Shown: positions 47,102 through 57,823 of the stretch, piece after piece
Layout of the letters: each line of letters starts with the position of its first letter
How positions within the stretch are numbered: position 1 is the stretch's first letter
Source: a virus
Lineage: Duplodnaviria; Heunggongvirae; Uroviricota; Caudoviricetes
DNA length: 64,000 nucleotides
Virus record (IMG/VR): IMGVR_UViG_2693429713_000009
Direction: 5' to 3' (one strand)
Program-made: the position numbers and the translations under genes
The notes under the pieces: generated by a model
The model's input: the letters and a program-made list of their open reading frames with translations, nothing else
Databases searched by the model: none
What the model was told of the DNA's origin: nothing

Positions 47102-47593
47102 ATGTCCGGTTTTGCAAATACAAAAGCCGATATGGCCTTTCTAAAATCCCGGTTTAATAAAAACCTGGCTGCAGGCGAAAAACTTATTGGTTCTGAATAT
47201 TGGATGACCATTAAGGGTTACGAACATCTGTCTGTACTAGTTCGTACAGCTCAGTTACCAGAAATGACACGCGAAGATGTGGAGGATTACGCCCCTGGTG
47301 GCATGAAATTCAACCAGCACGGACCATTACGCAACTCTGGTGAATTTCAGGTCACATGCGCGGAAACTATCGAAGGCGCAGTTCTCGCCGCTGTAAAACA
47401 GATGGTATACGGAAAAGAATATCTGGAAATTACCTTACAGGCGGCGGCTGAATCGAATAGCGGTAACCATAAAGGTCTGATCCGCACATATTCTCATTGC
47501 AAAGTGTATTCCGACGCCGTGGACTTCTCATCCGAAGACGTAACGGCGGTCGTTAAACCTTCCCTGCGCATTGTTTACAACTGGGCGGAATAA
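47102..47593 (+). CDS. virion structural protein candidate (possible tail tube)
   Basis: 163 aa; position after sheath-like gene. Confidence 0.35.
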   Translation: MSGFANTKADMAFLKSRFNKNLAAGEKLIGSEYWMTIKGYEHLSVLVRTAQLPEMTREDVEDYAPGGMKFNQHGPLRNSGEFQVTCAETIEGAVLAAVKQMVYGKEYLEITLQAAAESNSGNHKGLIRTYSHCKVYSDAVDFSSEDVTAVVKPSLRIVYNWAE

Positions 47594-47647
47594 TCCCTAT
47601 CCCGCCCTTGTGGCGGGAACATCCTTGTTATTGAGTTGTAGGCAACG

Positions 47648-48199
47648 ATGACACCAATTGAATTATTAGAAAGCGTTAAAGAGCGATTTAATCCACTACT
47701 TGTGCGTGAAGAAGAAACGTTGAAAGCCTTCCTGATCAAAGCTCTGACCACGTATCAGGACAGGGCAGGGGTAGTGAAAACGTTAAAACTTGAAAAAGCT
47801 GGTGGTACTGCAATCCCGTTGCCAGAAGATTATCTCTCTCTGGTTCATGTTACCGACAACAACGGCTTGTTGGTCTATTCGGATGAATTATCCGGATTTA
47901 TTGAATTAGAGCTAACAGGTTCAGAACGCTGGCCTTTTCGAATGCTGTATCTGGTTAATCTACGCGACAGAAAGCTGGATGAATGGCAAGTGCCTCCTGC
48001 AATCATTGGAATGCTAGAGGAATATCTGGAGGCGCTTATCAATGTAAGAAATGTCGCCCGGCAACGTAGAGCATCCATCGACGGGAAATTTGACTACTCC
48101 GATCTGCCCGATGAAGCCACGCTATATGCCCGCGTGCAGGAGATTGAGGAAAAAATGTCCTCAAACCGGGCCATTATTCCGGGGGCTACCATTTTTTAA
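47648..48199 (+). CDS. hypothetical structural-operon protein
   Basis: 183 aa ORF. Confidence 0.45.
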   Translation: MTPIELLESVKERFNPLLVREEETLKAFLIKALTTYQDRAGVVKTLKLEKAGGTAIPLPEDYLSLVHVTDNNGLLVYSDELSGFIELELTGSERWPFRMLYLVNLRDRKLDEWQVPPAIIGMLEEYLEALINVRNVARQRRASIDGKFDYSDLPDEATLYARVQEIEEKMSSNRAIIPGATIF

Positions 48200-48214
48200 C
48201 GCTGGAGGCGCAGA

Positions 48215-48922
48215 GTGAGTATTTTCAGCAGCGTTGGTAGAACGTTGACCACCGCATTGTCATTTAACACGAAATCATTCACCAGCAACCTCATTAGCGA
48301 CATTCTTGATAAAGCCATATCAGGCGGCGGGGTAAGCGGGAATTACAGTAGCGATATTGCCTACGGGAAAAATATTGTTGCTGCCGCTATGCGTATCCGT
48401 TACGCCCAGGGGTGGCAGTGGACCGTTGAAGTGGATGGCCTGAACGGCTTCGATATGTTCGTGAAGGATATCACCTACAGCAGTGGAAACATTGAGACAG
48501 AAAGCAAGGTGATCGGCAGCGTAGAATTCAGCAAGCCAACCTATGTTAGCGCCGGACCGGTCACTATGACCGTGAGGGATACCGAAGATGGCAAGATCAT
48601 GGACTGGTTCAAAGAGCGTCGTTCTCGTGTAACAAACCCTGATGGAACAATAAACCTTCCTCCTGAATATCTGATGAAAATCCGTGTCTACCGGGTGACT
48701 CAGGACGGCGGAAAAGAACTGGAAGAAGAAATGCGCGTATTTCCTACACAACTTGGGGAAATCACTCGCTCACGTGATCAGGTGTCAGAGTTCTTGTCAT
48801 ACCCAATCACTTTCCAGAAATACACATCCGCAGGCTCAGGTGTTTCTGCTTTGGTCAACGGTGCCGCAGGCATGGCTACAAGTGCGTTAAAGGGAGCTGT
48901 GAGTGGAGTGATTAAATTCTGA
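48215..48922 (+). CDS. hypothetical structural-operon protein
   Basis: 235 aa ORF. Confidence 0.45.
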   Translation: MSIFSSVGRTLTTALSFNTKSFTSNLISDILDKAISGGGVSGNYSSDIAYGKNIVAAAMRIRYAQGWQWTVEVDGLNGFDMFVKDITYSSGNIETESKVIGSVEFSKPTYVSAGPVTMTVRDTEDGKIMDWFKERRSRVTNPDGTINLPPEYLMKIRVYRVTQDGGKELEEEMRVFPTQLGEITRSRDQVSEFLSYPITFQKYTSAGSGVSALVNGAAGMATSALKGAVSGVIKF

Positions 48923-49013
48923 AGCGCTTTAATTATGTGTGCTGGAGGGTTGCTCATTTCCCGTCAGCACCCACGCCCTCAACGATAGCGGGTAGGGAAG
49001 GTAGCGCAATTTT

Positions 49014-49305
49014 GAGGGCATTTTTTACATCATCAATTCATCTGTAATGAAGGCATTCTTTACACATTTCAATAATATCAATCAGTTAACACAGTGAATG
49101 ATAATAAAAAAGCGCAATAAGAATGCACGATACGCACGATATTGGTTGAGGGTGATTTTTACATAATCCTTACATATCAATACGTTATATAAAAACACAA
49201 CTTGCTAATAACAAGATACATGCAATTAAGATGTAAAAATTGCCCTCAATTGCCGATCGTTAAGGGCAAATTCTACACCTTGAGAAGGGTGTAAAAATTG
49301 CCCTT
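49014..49305. repeat. iteron cluster downstream of repA (incA-like copy-control locus), about 5 copies in both orientations
   Basis: GAGGGCATTTTTTACATC (49014), GAGGGTGATTTTTACAT (49148), inverted copy (49229-49246), AAGGGCAAATTCTACACC (49262), inverted copy (49288-49305). Confidence 0.6.
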
Positions 49306-50059
49306 AAGACTGCTGATAGGTAAATTTTATCCTGGTAACTTTTCCGCCTTCCGTCACCTCTGAGAAGACTATTTTCATTTTTGTATTTTTTTCAATCTCT
49401 GCTACAGCCTTCGTTAAAAAACTTCTCTTAAATTCGGCATACCGCTGATAGCTTTTTGGTAACCCATAACGCTCCCGCATCCATTCGACGCCAAGTATGG
49501 CAAAGCCGCTTCCATCATCCTTCCTGTACTGGCATAAGGACTCATAAAGCCGCATAGAATAAGGATTTGTAAGGCGAGATACTTCGGTAAAATTCAGCCT
49601 CGTGAATCTCTTATCAAGCAGAGTAAAAAACGGCATGAGATATGGATTAAGATGAATAATGTAAGTCCCGCGCCGTGGTGAATAGGCATCCTTAATCATC
49701 CAAGGATAAGACTCATAACTGTCTTCTGATTCGGTCGATTCATCAGGGTTATATATCGTAACTTTCTTCTCGCTAAGCCCTGAAATGGCCTTACGAATAT
49801 CCTTGCTGGCTTCAGCAGAGGGCAAATTATACATCTCTGCATATTCGTTGACCGTCAACTCACAGGCACCTGAACCAAGAACGCCATCCTTAGAAGCATA
49901 GCGAAGTCTTCCCACCACAATAAACAACAGTCGCTTTTGGTCGCGAGTCAGGTGATAAGCAGCCTCCGTGATCTCATTGGCTTGTGCCAAACTACGACTA
50001 ATAGGTGTCGCTGACTCAATCAGGCTGACGGCTTTTGCTGTTAATTCCGCTCTGTTCAT
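49304..50059 (-). CDS. repA: iteron-binding plasmid replication initiator (RepA-like)
   Basis: 251 aa from ATG 50059 (ORF track extends to TTG 50092); flanked on both sides by 18-19-bp iterons. Confidence 0.6.
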   Translation of the reverse strand: MNRAELTAKAVSLIESATPISRSLAQANEITEAAYHLTRDQKRLLFIVVGRLRYASKDGVLGSGACELTVNEYAEMYNLPSAEASKDIRKAISGLSEKKVTIYNPDESTESEDSYESYPWMIKDAYSPRRGTYIIHLNPYLMPFFTLLDKRFTRLNFTEVSRLTNPYSMRLYESLCQYRKDDGSGFAILGVEWMRERYGLPKSYQRYAEFKRSFLTKAVAEIEKNTKMKIVFSEVTEGGKVTRIKFTYQQS

Positions 50060-50084
50060 AACCCTGTGTGATCCTTCGAATGGT

Positions 50085-50201
50085 GAGGGCAATTTTTACA
50101 TCACTTTGAGGGCAATTACTACACCTTTTGAGGGCAAATCTTACACCTTTTGAGGGCAAATCTTACACCGATCGTATTTAATTGAGGGCAATTCTTACAC
50201 C
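50085..50201 (+). repeat. origin iterons: five direct repeats GAGGGCAA(A/T)T(C/T)TTACACC at 22-23 bp spacing
   Basis: Copies at 50085, 50108, 50130, 50152, 50184, immediately upstream of repA; one more inverted copy at 50324-50341. Confidence 0.7.
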
Positions 50202-50297
50202 AGCCTCCTCTACAGCCCGCGCCACTACTGGCTCCAGCGACGCCTAAAAAGGATCTAAAAAGGATTAAAAATGGAAAAAGGTTTATAAAAATACTCT

Positions 50298-50306
50298 GTG
50301 GATATG
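50298..50306. other. DnaA-box-like site (TGTGGATAT) within AT-rich origin region
   Basis: 8/9 match to TGTGGATAA; neighbouring A-rich run 50240-50290 with GATC. Confidence 0.4.
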
Positions 50307-50447
50307 TGAGTAGCGTCACTTAAGGTGTAAAAATCACCCTCAATAATCGCTTCTCGACCGGCAAAGATCTTCATTCAATCCCCATCGCAAATCACACACT
50401 CCCTATCCTCTGGAAAATGAACAGATACCTGCTTTTCGGAGGAATAA

Positions 50448-51269
50448 TTGAACATTCCAAAATTCCCATTGCCTTCCCGTCCTGAGACAGAAATTCAGTT
50501 CCACGCCCCTACCGTGAAGGATGCGCTGAAATATTCTGACCTGAACCCGGCAGAAGATGAGGCAACTACTACAGAGTACCTTAACTCTATGCAGGATGGT
50601 GAAATTAACGACAGTGCTAACTGGACAGTTCAGGATCGCAGAACTGCTCTTTGGTGGATATTTGTTAATTCGCGCCCCGATGCAGTAATGACCTACTCCT
50701 ATGAGTGCAGTCACTGCGGTAATACGCATCATGCAGATATTAACCTGAGCGACCTGGCCCAAACAGTAGAAATACTCACTGTACCTCCTTACGTGAAAAC
50801 CAACGTACCAGTAAATGGAGTACCAACTGACTGGATACTTAAACCATTAACCGGGAAAGGCGCGGAACTCCTTGAACGAATGCGAGCGTCACTTCCTGAT
50901 ATGAAAAGCCCCGAATACAGTGCTGGCGTGGCACGGATGCGAATTGCTGAACTCGCTTTATGCACGGCGCTTGAAGACGATCCGGAGGACTTCACGCAGG
51001 CCGCTAACCGACGCTTTGACATCATTGAAAGCATGGCGCTTGAAACCGAATTTACTCCGCTTGTGGCTCGCATACAGCTTATGCAAAAAGACCTACGCCA
51101 CGGCCTGAAAATGTCTATTGAGAGAGGCTCAAGCCGACTGATCCTGCCTCAGCAACATTGCAAAAACGCTAAGGAGGGTGCAGATGTGACAACCACACTG
51201 TACGTCCCCTTTCTCAATAGAGAGTTTATCCCATCAATTAGATCTGAATGGATGGCTAACCATTATTAA
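50448..51269 (+). CDS. hypothetical protein (contains CSHCGNTHH)
   Basis: 273 aa ORF between origin and tape-measure-like gene. Confidence 0.45.
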   Translation: MNIPKFPLPSRPETEIQFHAPTVKDALKYSDLNPAEDEATTTEYLNSMQDGEINDSANWTVQDRRTALWWIFVNSRPDAVMTYSYECSHCGNTHHADINLSDLAQTVEILTVPPYVKTNVPVNGVPTDWILKPLTGKGAELLERMRASLPDMKSPEYSAGVARMRIAELALCTALEDDPEDFTQAANRRFDIIESMALETEFTPLVARIQLMQKDLRHGLKMSIERGSSRLILPQQHCKNAKEGADVTTTLYVPFLNREFIPSIRSEWMANHY

Positions 51270-51283
51270 CAACCTGACTCTAT

Positions 51284-54200
51284 ATGGATATCAGCCCGTT
51301 AGCGACGTTGAACAATTACCGCAATGGCGAGCACTCCATATGTCAAAAGCCCTGGAAGAAAAATACAAAGCTCAAGCCGGGAAACGTTGATCGCGCTGGT
51401 AAAAGAGAGGTTATTTTGAAAGAGAATAAAGACCGTATCGCAATAATTGACGCTATTCAGGAAGCGAGCACAAACGAACTTAAAGCTCTTGCTGAGGTAA
51501 AAGACGCCATTCTTTCTGGGGCAAGCACCATAACTCAACAGGACGAAAGGCAAGGCAGAGTTAGCAACAGACTATCACGCAGGCGTAAAGAGTACGAGCA
51601 AAGTACATCTGATAGCGTTAGAGATGTCCAAACTAACCCATATAAAAAACGTCTCCCTGCTAAAAAGGAAAGGGCACCGATAAACCAAACCGTGGACCGC
51701 GCTATCGTTGCAACGAACACACCAGAAAGTGTTCGCTCCGTGCAATCACGTCAGACCATCCGAAAATCGGAAGGTTTTATACCGGTAGCTGCTAATTCAG
51801 CCCCTCTTGAACCACAACCCCCCCAAAGTCTAAAAGGCCCGCTGCGGGATAGTAATGGACGTTTTGTATCCCAGAAAAGTAATGAGGATGTAGCCAGAAA
51901 AAAAGAATTGCAGAACGCACGTAAAGCCGACGCAAAATTACAAGCTGGCTTTCTCAGAAAGCTAGGTTCCATTATGGGGGTAGATGGCAATCAGTCTTCC
52001 AGTGAAGAGTCTTTAACAAATGCAGCTGGTGTCGGTGCTGGTGGGCCGTTATGGATGGCGGCTCGTGGCATGTACGACATAACTAAAGAGATCACAGGTA
52101 AAGCAGAATCTCTTAAAGAATGGGTAGAAAAGGGGAAAAAAGAAACATCAACCTCGAAAGCGATATCACCAGTAATTACTTATCCGGCGGCGGTGAATTC
52201 TCAAAAAGCAACATCTGCAAAAGCGTTCAATAACGCTGTTGAGACAAAATCCGCACAAGCAGTAGAAGAGCAAACCAAAATCCTTCAGACCAATGACAAC
52301 AAAATAATTGATGGTCTGGAAAATGTTTCTGACGAGATAGTTAAGCTTCGGAAATCAGTGTCTTCTGGAAATAAGTTCGGCTTAAGTGATCTCTGGAAAA
52401 ATCGAGCAAGCAGAAGAAATAAAATCAATATTGGTGATCAGACGGGAAAAAATAAACGGAACAAATCGAAAAGGAAAGGACGCAATCTTGGGAAAAAAGC
52501 ACTCTCCGCTGGCGAAAAAGTTGCTGCCGGTAGCGCTGCGGCTGGCACTGGTGTCGGAGCAGCAAAAGTAGTTAAAAATAAGATCAGCAAACCCAAAGAT
52601 GTAAGCACTATCAGCGATACATCAAAGGGGATTGCAAAGGAAACAAAAAATACTGCTAAGGCCGTGAAGTCAGCTGGTGTTGTGGCTGAAGATGCCACCA
52701 TTAAAACCGGCGAAGCCATTGCAAAGAAAAAAACTGAATCTGTAGCCCTCAAAAGTGCTGCAAAAATAGGTGTTAAATCAGCAGCATCCACAGCGGCAAG
52801 AGCGGTCCCTATCATCGGTTCGCTGGCAATGGCTGGATATGACGCCATAGATGGTTACACAGATACAGAGGCGCAAAAGGCAGCCTTTGGTTTAAGTGAC
52901 GATGATGCTGTATCCGAACAGCAAAAAACGGCTTACGCAACAGCTAATGTGCTCGATATGGGGGGCTTGGTGTCGGGCGCAACGAACTTGATAGGGAAAG
53001 GAATTTCTGCGCTAGGATTTGAAAGAGCAGGTGAAAAACTTCAGAATTTTGATACCGGAGATATTGCTCGTGGTGTTAACGGCGCGGTAGATATCACCAA
53101 ATCTGTTTTTGGTAGCCTTAAGGATACATTTTTATCCACTGACGAAAACACGAAACAAGTAAAAAAAGCTGTTGAAGACGGCACCAAAAAAACTGTCGAT
53201 GCGATTCATTCTCTAGGTGAACAATTACAAGGTGGGCGTAATGGCGAGGATGGAGTTGGTGAGCACGGGTATACTTCTCCAACTGAATTTAGTGCACCTG
53301 CCAACAACACCATTGCAGCGGATCTGAATATTGGCGGCAGCAACGCTAAAAACCGCAATTACCGAAATAATAATCTCGGCAATCTTGTTTTTGCCAACCA
53401 GGAAGGGGCGACGCTGGAATCGCCAAATGCAAAAGGTGAACAACGTTTTGCGCGATTTAACACACCTGAAGAAGGGATCAGGGCACTGGCAAACCAAGTT
53501 TCCAGCTATTACAACGGCACCAGTGCCGCAGCGGGATATCAGAAGTTACAGACGGTATCCAGCATCATTTCAAAATGGGCACCGCCAAATGAGAACAATA
53601 CCAACCAATATATTGATAACGTCAGTAAATATCTTGGTGTATCGCCTAATGAAAAAATAGATGTCAGTAACCCAGAGGTTATGACGCAATTAGTTCGTGC
53701 AATTGCGACGAAAGAAGGCGGAAATCCGGCAGTTAATAATGAGTTCATTAAGAATGCACTTGGAGCATTTAACACTAACACTGGTCGATGGGAGGGACAA
53801 TTCTCTGACGAAACATTGGCGCGGATTAATAAAATTCAGAAAGAAAATGGTGGTCAGCTAATTGCCCGCGATTCGCAATATAGTGTTGGTCGCAAGGTAA
53901 AATATGCTAATGGAAAATCTCCAGCTCAACCAGTTTTGAATGCCGTTCCGACAGCAACACAACAGCCAATTGAGGTTGCACAACATGCCCAGGCAGTCAA
54001 AAAGCCACAAAAAACAGGCAATCAATCGCAACCGATTAATCCAGAGAATGTTGATGTTAATACTGGCTCGCCATCAAGAATGCTTGAGAGATTAATCGCT
54101 ATAAATGACAGCGGGGTAGGTAATTTATTTGGAGGTGCGGCTACCAGCCTTGCTGGTACAAGCCTTGGCCTGATTAAGGATTTTGCTTCGGCGACTTCGT

Positions 54201-55066
54201 TTGGTTCTATATCTTCGCTTTCCGAAAAAGCGAAAGGAATGGATCAGGCTCTTACTGAAAAGATATCCAGCTTAACCGGTAAATCTTTTGGATTTCAAAA
54301 AGCAAGCCAGGTAACTGATATAAGAGACGCTTTACAAAAAAGACCAAAAGCTGAACGCGATATGCCTTCAGTGGATCTTCTCTCCGGTGTTTCTTCGGCA
54401 AGTGAGAGTGAAAAAATCTCTGTAAACTCAAGGGGGATTCCTGTTTATGACAATGGATACAAGGTAATTGATGGTGAAGATAAGGGGGTGCTTGGCTCTT
54501 TGTTTGACTCGTCATTAACAGGTCTGAAACGTATTAGCTCTGCTGTGTTACCTGCAATTGGCGATAACGTTTCACAACTTATTGGTGGGGTAGATGGCAC
54601 AGGCATTGTTAATGATTTGGTTTATCAGGCTACTGGGCAGAACTCAACAATTGCCAGGGCTATTAGCCCGCTTACCAAGAGCGCCGGTAGTTGGTTGAAT
54701 AATGGTATTCAACAAACCGCAGATAGCATTAGAGGTATATCAAACGAAGCCAATAATGCCATATTTGGCTCTGCGTCAGCCGTGCAAGAACCTTTTCTTG
54801 CTTTGCCACCACAGCTTCCTACTGTAACAGATCTCGCACGAAGCGGAATAAGACAACCATTAACTACTGACACTATAAATAACGATCCTGCTATGTTGAA
54901 GGCGCTGGATAATATCTGCTCTATCCTGAACGATCTTCTGAATGTGAACAAGAACAATACAAAAGGCGATCCGGATAAGGTTGTCAAAACATCGCAGCCG
55001 CAACCGCGACCACGTGCTAGCACAACTATTAATGACCCGTCGCTGGATGCTCTGCTTGAGGATTAA
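51284..55066 (+). CDS. tail tape-measure-like protein (P1 Sit-like by size/position)
   Basis: 1260 aa; Ala/Gly/Lys-rich low-complexity segments; immediately upstream of baseplate genes. Confidence 0.55.
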   Translation: MDISPLATLNNYRNGEHSICQKPWKKNTKLKPGNVDRAGKREVILKENKDRIAIIDAIQEASTNELKALAEVKDAILSGASTITQQDERQGRVSNRLSRRRKEYEQSTSDSVRDVQTNPYKKRLPAKKERAPINQTVDRAIVATNTPESVRSVQSRQTIRKSEGFIPVAANSAPLEPQPPQSLKGPLRDSNGRFVSQKSNEDVARKKELQNARKADAKLQAGFLRKLGSIMGVDGNQSSSEESLTNAAGVGAGGPLWMAARGMYDITKEITGKAESLKEWVEKGKKETSTSKAISPVITYPAAVNSQKATSAKAFNNAVETKSAQAVEEQTKILQTNDNKIIDGLENVSDEIVKLRKSVSSGNKFGLSDLWKNRASRRNKINIGDQTGKNKRNKSKRKGRNLGKKALSAGEKVAAGSAAAGTGVGAAKVVKNKISKPKDVSTISDTSKGIAKETKNTAKAVKSAGVVAEDATIKTGEAIAKKKTESVALKSAAKIGVKSAASTAARAVPIIGSLAMAGYDAIDGYTDTEAQKAAFGLSDDDAVSEQQKTAYATANVLDMGGLVSGATNLIGKGISALGFERAGEKLQNFDTGDIARGVNGAVDITKSVFGSLKDTFLSTDENTKQVKKAVEDGTKKTVDAIHSLGEQLQGGRNGEDGVGEHGYTSPTEFSAPANNTIAADLNIGGSNAKNRNYRNNNLGNLVFANQEGATLESPNAKGEQRFARFNTPEEGIRALANQVSSYYNGTSAAAGYQKLQTVSSIISKWAPPNENNTNQYIDNVSKYLGVSPNEKIDVSNPEVMTQLVRAIATKEGGNPAVNNEFIKNALGAFNTNTGRWEGQFSDETLARINKIQKENGGQLIARDSQYSVGRKVKYANGKSPAQPVLNAVPTATQQPIEVAQHAQAVKKPQKTGNQSQPINPENVDVNTGSPSRMLERLIAINDSGVGNLFGGAATSLAGTSLGLIKDFASATSFGSISSLSEKAKGMDQALTEKISSLTGKSFGFQKASQVTDIRDALQKRPKAERDMPSVDLLSGVSSASESEKISVNSRGIPVYDNGYKVIDGEDKGVLGSLFDSSLTGLKRISSAVLPAIGDNVSQLIGGVDGTGIVNDLVYQATGQNSTIARAISPLTKSAGSWLNNGIQQTADSIRGISNEANNAIFGSASAVQEPFLALPPQLPTVTDLARSGIRQPLTTDTINNDPAMLKALDNICSILNDLLNVNKNNTKGDPDKVVKTSQPQPRPRASTTINDPSLDALLED

Positions 55067-55071
55067 TACAG

Positions 55072-55446
55072 ATGCTTTATGAAATAGACGCAAGACTTCA
55101 AACGAATGAGAGCGGTGTCATTATTGCAGAAGGAAGTACCGCAGCATGGATGGCCCGACTTGACGAGTGGCTACGAACCCCTGAAGGGAGTGTTTATGGT
55201 TTACCCTCTTGGGGGAATCCAATGGAAGAATTTAAGCATGAACCATTCGGCTCTGAAACTTCGCACATAGTTGAAGTGGCTATTGAAGGGAGAATGATGA
55301 AAAAACTACGACAAGATTTGCCAGGTTTGGATGTGCAGGGGATTCGTTGCACATCAATTTCTGAAGATTCTTTATTAATTAGTTTTTATGCGAAAGGTGG
55401 GAGCATGGATATTGTTATGCAGAAATCAAGTGGGGTGGGCGCGTGA
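55072..55446 (+). CDS. small baseplate protein candidate (gp25/W-like)
   Basis: 124 aa; precedes J-like gene with ATGA-type overlap. Confidence 0.35.
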   Translation: MLYEIDARLQTNESGVIIAEGSTAAWMARLDEWLRTPEGSVYGLPSWGNPMEEFKHEPFGSETSHIVEVAIEGRMMKKLRQDLPGLDVQGIRCTSISEDSLLISFYAKGGSMDIVMQKSSGVGA

Positions 55447-56873
55447 CGATTACAGAATTACTGGACAAATTTAATGCCAAGTTAAATGAAAATACATGGT
55501 GGTCACGATTTGTAAATAGTCAGTTTGTGCAGATGCACGCTATATTCGGATCACAGCTTATTTATATTGCCCGTACATTTGCAAGCCGCGGCCTCACTGA
55601 GGGACTTATTTCAACGGCTACGCGCCGCTCAAGTATTTTAGCGGTTGCTGAAGACCGTAGCTACGTAGGGCGATTTGTTAGTGCTTCATACGGAACAACG
55701 TCTATAACCAATAAAACTGATCGGGATATTACGTTACCAGCCGGGGCTGAATTGCTTGCCAATGACCAAACACCTTTGGCAATTATTAACAGTGTTGTAA
55801 TTCCTGCTGGAGGAACTGTTTCTGGCGTAGAAACTAAACAGCATGAAGCTGTTAGCGTTACATTTGATATTGAGAAGGAAACTTTATTTCTGACATTGTT
55901 GCTTTCCAGAGAGTTAACAAAAGAAGTCTCTAGCCTGGATGTTTATGTTATTACAGATGGCGTAGAAGAAAAATGGACATATAACCCATTATTTAGAATG
56001 TCCAGAGACAAGAGTAAGCACTATTCATTGGCATATAAACCTACAGAACAACTTGGAGTCAAGTTTGGTGATGGTTCTATGGGTATGATGCCTCCAGCAG
56101 GCTGTCAGGTTCGAATAGATGTTATGGCTAGCCTTGGCGACTATACTTTGGCTGAAGGACAAAAGTTAGAACCGGCTGGAAATATCGCTCAATATGTGGA
56201 GTCACTAGAGTTTAAAACTGATTCGATCATTACCGGTGGTAGTGGTATGGAAACTACAGAAGAAACTCGAAATCGTGCTCAGTATTATGTTGCATACGAT
56301 GAACAAGTGGTATGGGGCGGTGATTATCGCCAATTCATTCAGAATGTTGTTCATGGAACTTCATGGTTGAACGTTTGGGGCGAAGCGTTACAAGAGAAAA
56401 TAACTGGGTTTGACGTTCGAAACATCAACAAAATTTTCTTTTGCGGACATAAGCCGGGTGTAAGCCAGGCTCAGCTAAAATCAGAAATACTGAAAGCTCT
56501 AGAGAATGTTCCAAATGAGTTGAACAAGCGGTTCGAGTATGTAGATACAAATGAACAGCCATTTACTATAAATTTTATAGGTATTGCACGTAAAAATGTT
56601 CTGATAGACGATGCTCAAAATGCTATTAAAGCAGCGTTGGAAGATAATTTTGGCCGTGATTCGTCATCATTCAGTTTATTACTACAGAGTGATGATGATT
56701 CCCAGCAATGTTATGCACAGGTAAAAGTTAAAGATATTTGGCGAGTAATAGAGTCTCTGGATATGTTTCTGTCTTACGACATAACAATACAAAATATGAA
56801 AGATGCTGTTTACTTTAATGACTTCATTTATCTTGACGTGAAATCTTCAACGTTCAGCATTTCTTACCCGTAA
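55443..56873 (+). CDS. baseplate J-like protein candidate
   Basis: 476 aa; size and operon position typical of baseplate J family. Confidence 0.4.
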   Translation: MTITELLDKFNAKLNENTWWSRFVNSQFVQMHAIFGSQLIYIARTFASRGLTEGLISTATRRSSILAVAEDRSYVGRFVSASYGTTSITNKTDRDITLPAGAELLANDQTPLAIINSVVIPAGGTVSGVETKQHEAVSVTFDIEKETLFLTLLLSRELTKEVSSLDVYVITDGVEEKWTYNPLFRMSRDKSKHYSLAYKPTEQLGVKFGDGSMGMMPPAGCQVRIDVMASLGDYTLAEGQKLEPAGNIAQYVESLEFKTDSIITGGSGMETTEETRNRAQYYVAYDEQVVWGGDYRQFIQNVVHGTSWLNVWGEALQEKITGFDVRNINKIFFCGHKPGVSQAQLKSEILKALENVPNELNKRFEYVDTNEQPFTINFIGIARKNVLIDDAQNAIKAALEDNFGRDSSSFSLLLQSDDDSQQCYAQVKVKDIWRVIESLDMFLSYDITIQNMKDAVYFNDFIYLDVKSSTFSISYP

Positions 56874-56883
56874 TGAGGTTAGC

Positions 56884-57729
56884 ATGAAAGATAATTGGCT
56901 TAAGGAACGATTAACTAAAGTAAAACAGGATTCCCATCTCTGGAGTGCCTTTATAGACGCTTTGCAAGATGTCTGGAATGAGGCAGTAGAACCAATATTA
57001 ACAAGAATAAGTAACAGAAAATCCTTCTTCACTATGGACAGTGAGGATATGGATGCCCGCATTGCTGAATACGGGCGTTTTTTCGTTATCACTGAAAAAG
57101 ATAAGGCCCGTAGGCCAATGCTGCTGGCGCAACGTTTAGATGAAGTGCACTTTAAAGGCACTATCTTGCCTATTGAACAGACATTCTGGCGTGAATTCGG
57201 TTGTATTCCTGTTAGTTGGGAACCGCTATATGCACCTGTAAATATAGAAAAACACCCCTATGGTTCATATTTTGCGACCGAAATAGAAATACCTACGGCA
57301 CAGGCTCAATTCGGTGAGTTCTTCCTGACATCAAGGGGGCTGGTCGTTGTTGATCAGAACAAGCTATATCGCTCATATGGAGAGCAGGATAAAGAAGCCG
57401 CTGTGCAGAAATTGTTATCTGACTTCGAAACAGTAATAGCCCCTTTGTTGCCATTGCATATTGTTTTTGATGGCGTCTCGTTTCGGCTTAGTGCTGTATT
57501 CCCTGAAGTGGCAGAAATACTAAATTGCTTGTCTACGGATGTTTCGGTAATTGAAGGTGTTTATGTTACTGAGAGTATGGCTGATATGCTATCCCGTAGT
57601 GATACCTCCTGCCAAGTAGACAATATTTCTCTTAACGCCATACCGAACAGAACGGCAGAAAAGCAATTACATCTTGATGTAACCCCACTCGATGCGTGGC
57701 CTTTGGATTACCACCTTCAACCTGTTTAA
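56884..57729 (+). CDS. baseplate/tail protein candidate (gpI-like)
   Basis: 281 aa; follows J-like gene. Confidence 0.35.
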   Translation: MKDNWLKERLTKVKQDSHLWSAFIDALQDVWNEAVEPILTRISNRKSFFTMDSEDMDARIAEYGRFFVITEKDKARRPMLLAQRLDEVHFKGTILPIEQTFWREFGCIPVSWEPLYAPVNIEKHPYGSYFATEIEIPTAQAQFGEFFLTSRGLVVVDQNKLYRSYGEQDKEAAVQKLLSDFETVIAPLLPLHIVFDGVSFRLSAVFPEVAEILNCLSTDVSVIEGVYVTESMADMLSRSDTSCQVDNISLNAIPNRTAEKQLHLDVTPLDAWPLDYHLQPV

Positions 57730-57823
57730 TAATTCTTCCCCCGCATTTGGGGGAAGAACAACGGAAATCACAAACTGAGCATACTCTCCTTTGGTTCATT
57801 GCTTATGAAGGGGCTATGTTCGT

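Noticed and set aside
48990-50350. Possible CRISPR array suggested by multiple short repeats
   Set aside because: Repeats are 18-19-bp iterons in both orientations with irregular spacing, flanking a rep gene; no uniform repeat-spacer periodicity and no cas genes.
52438-52848. 136-aa minus-strand ORF inside the tape-measure-like gene
   Set aside because: Antisense artefact of Ala/Lys-rich low-complexity coding sequence.
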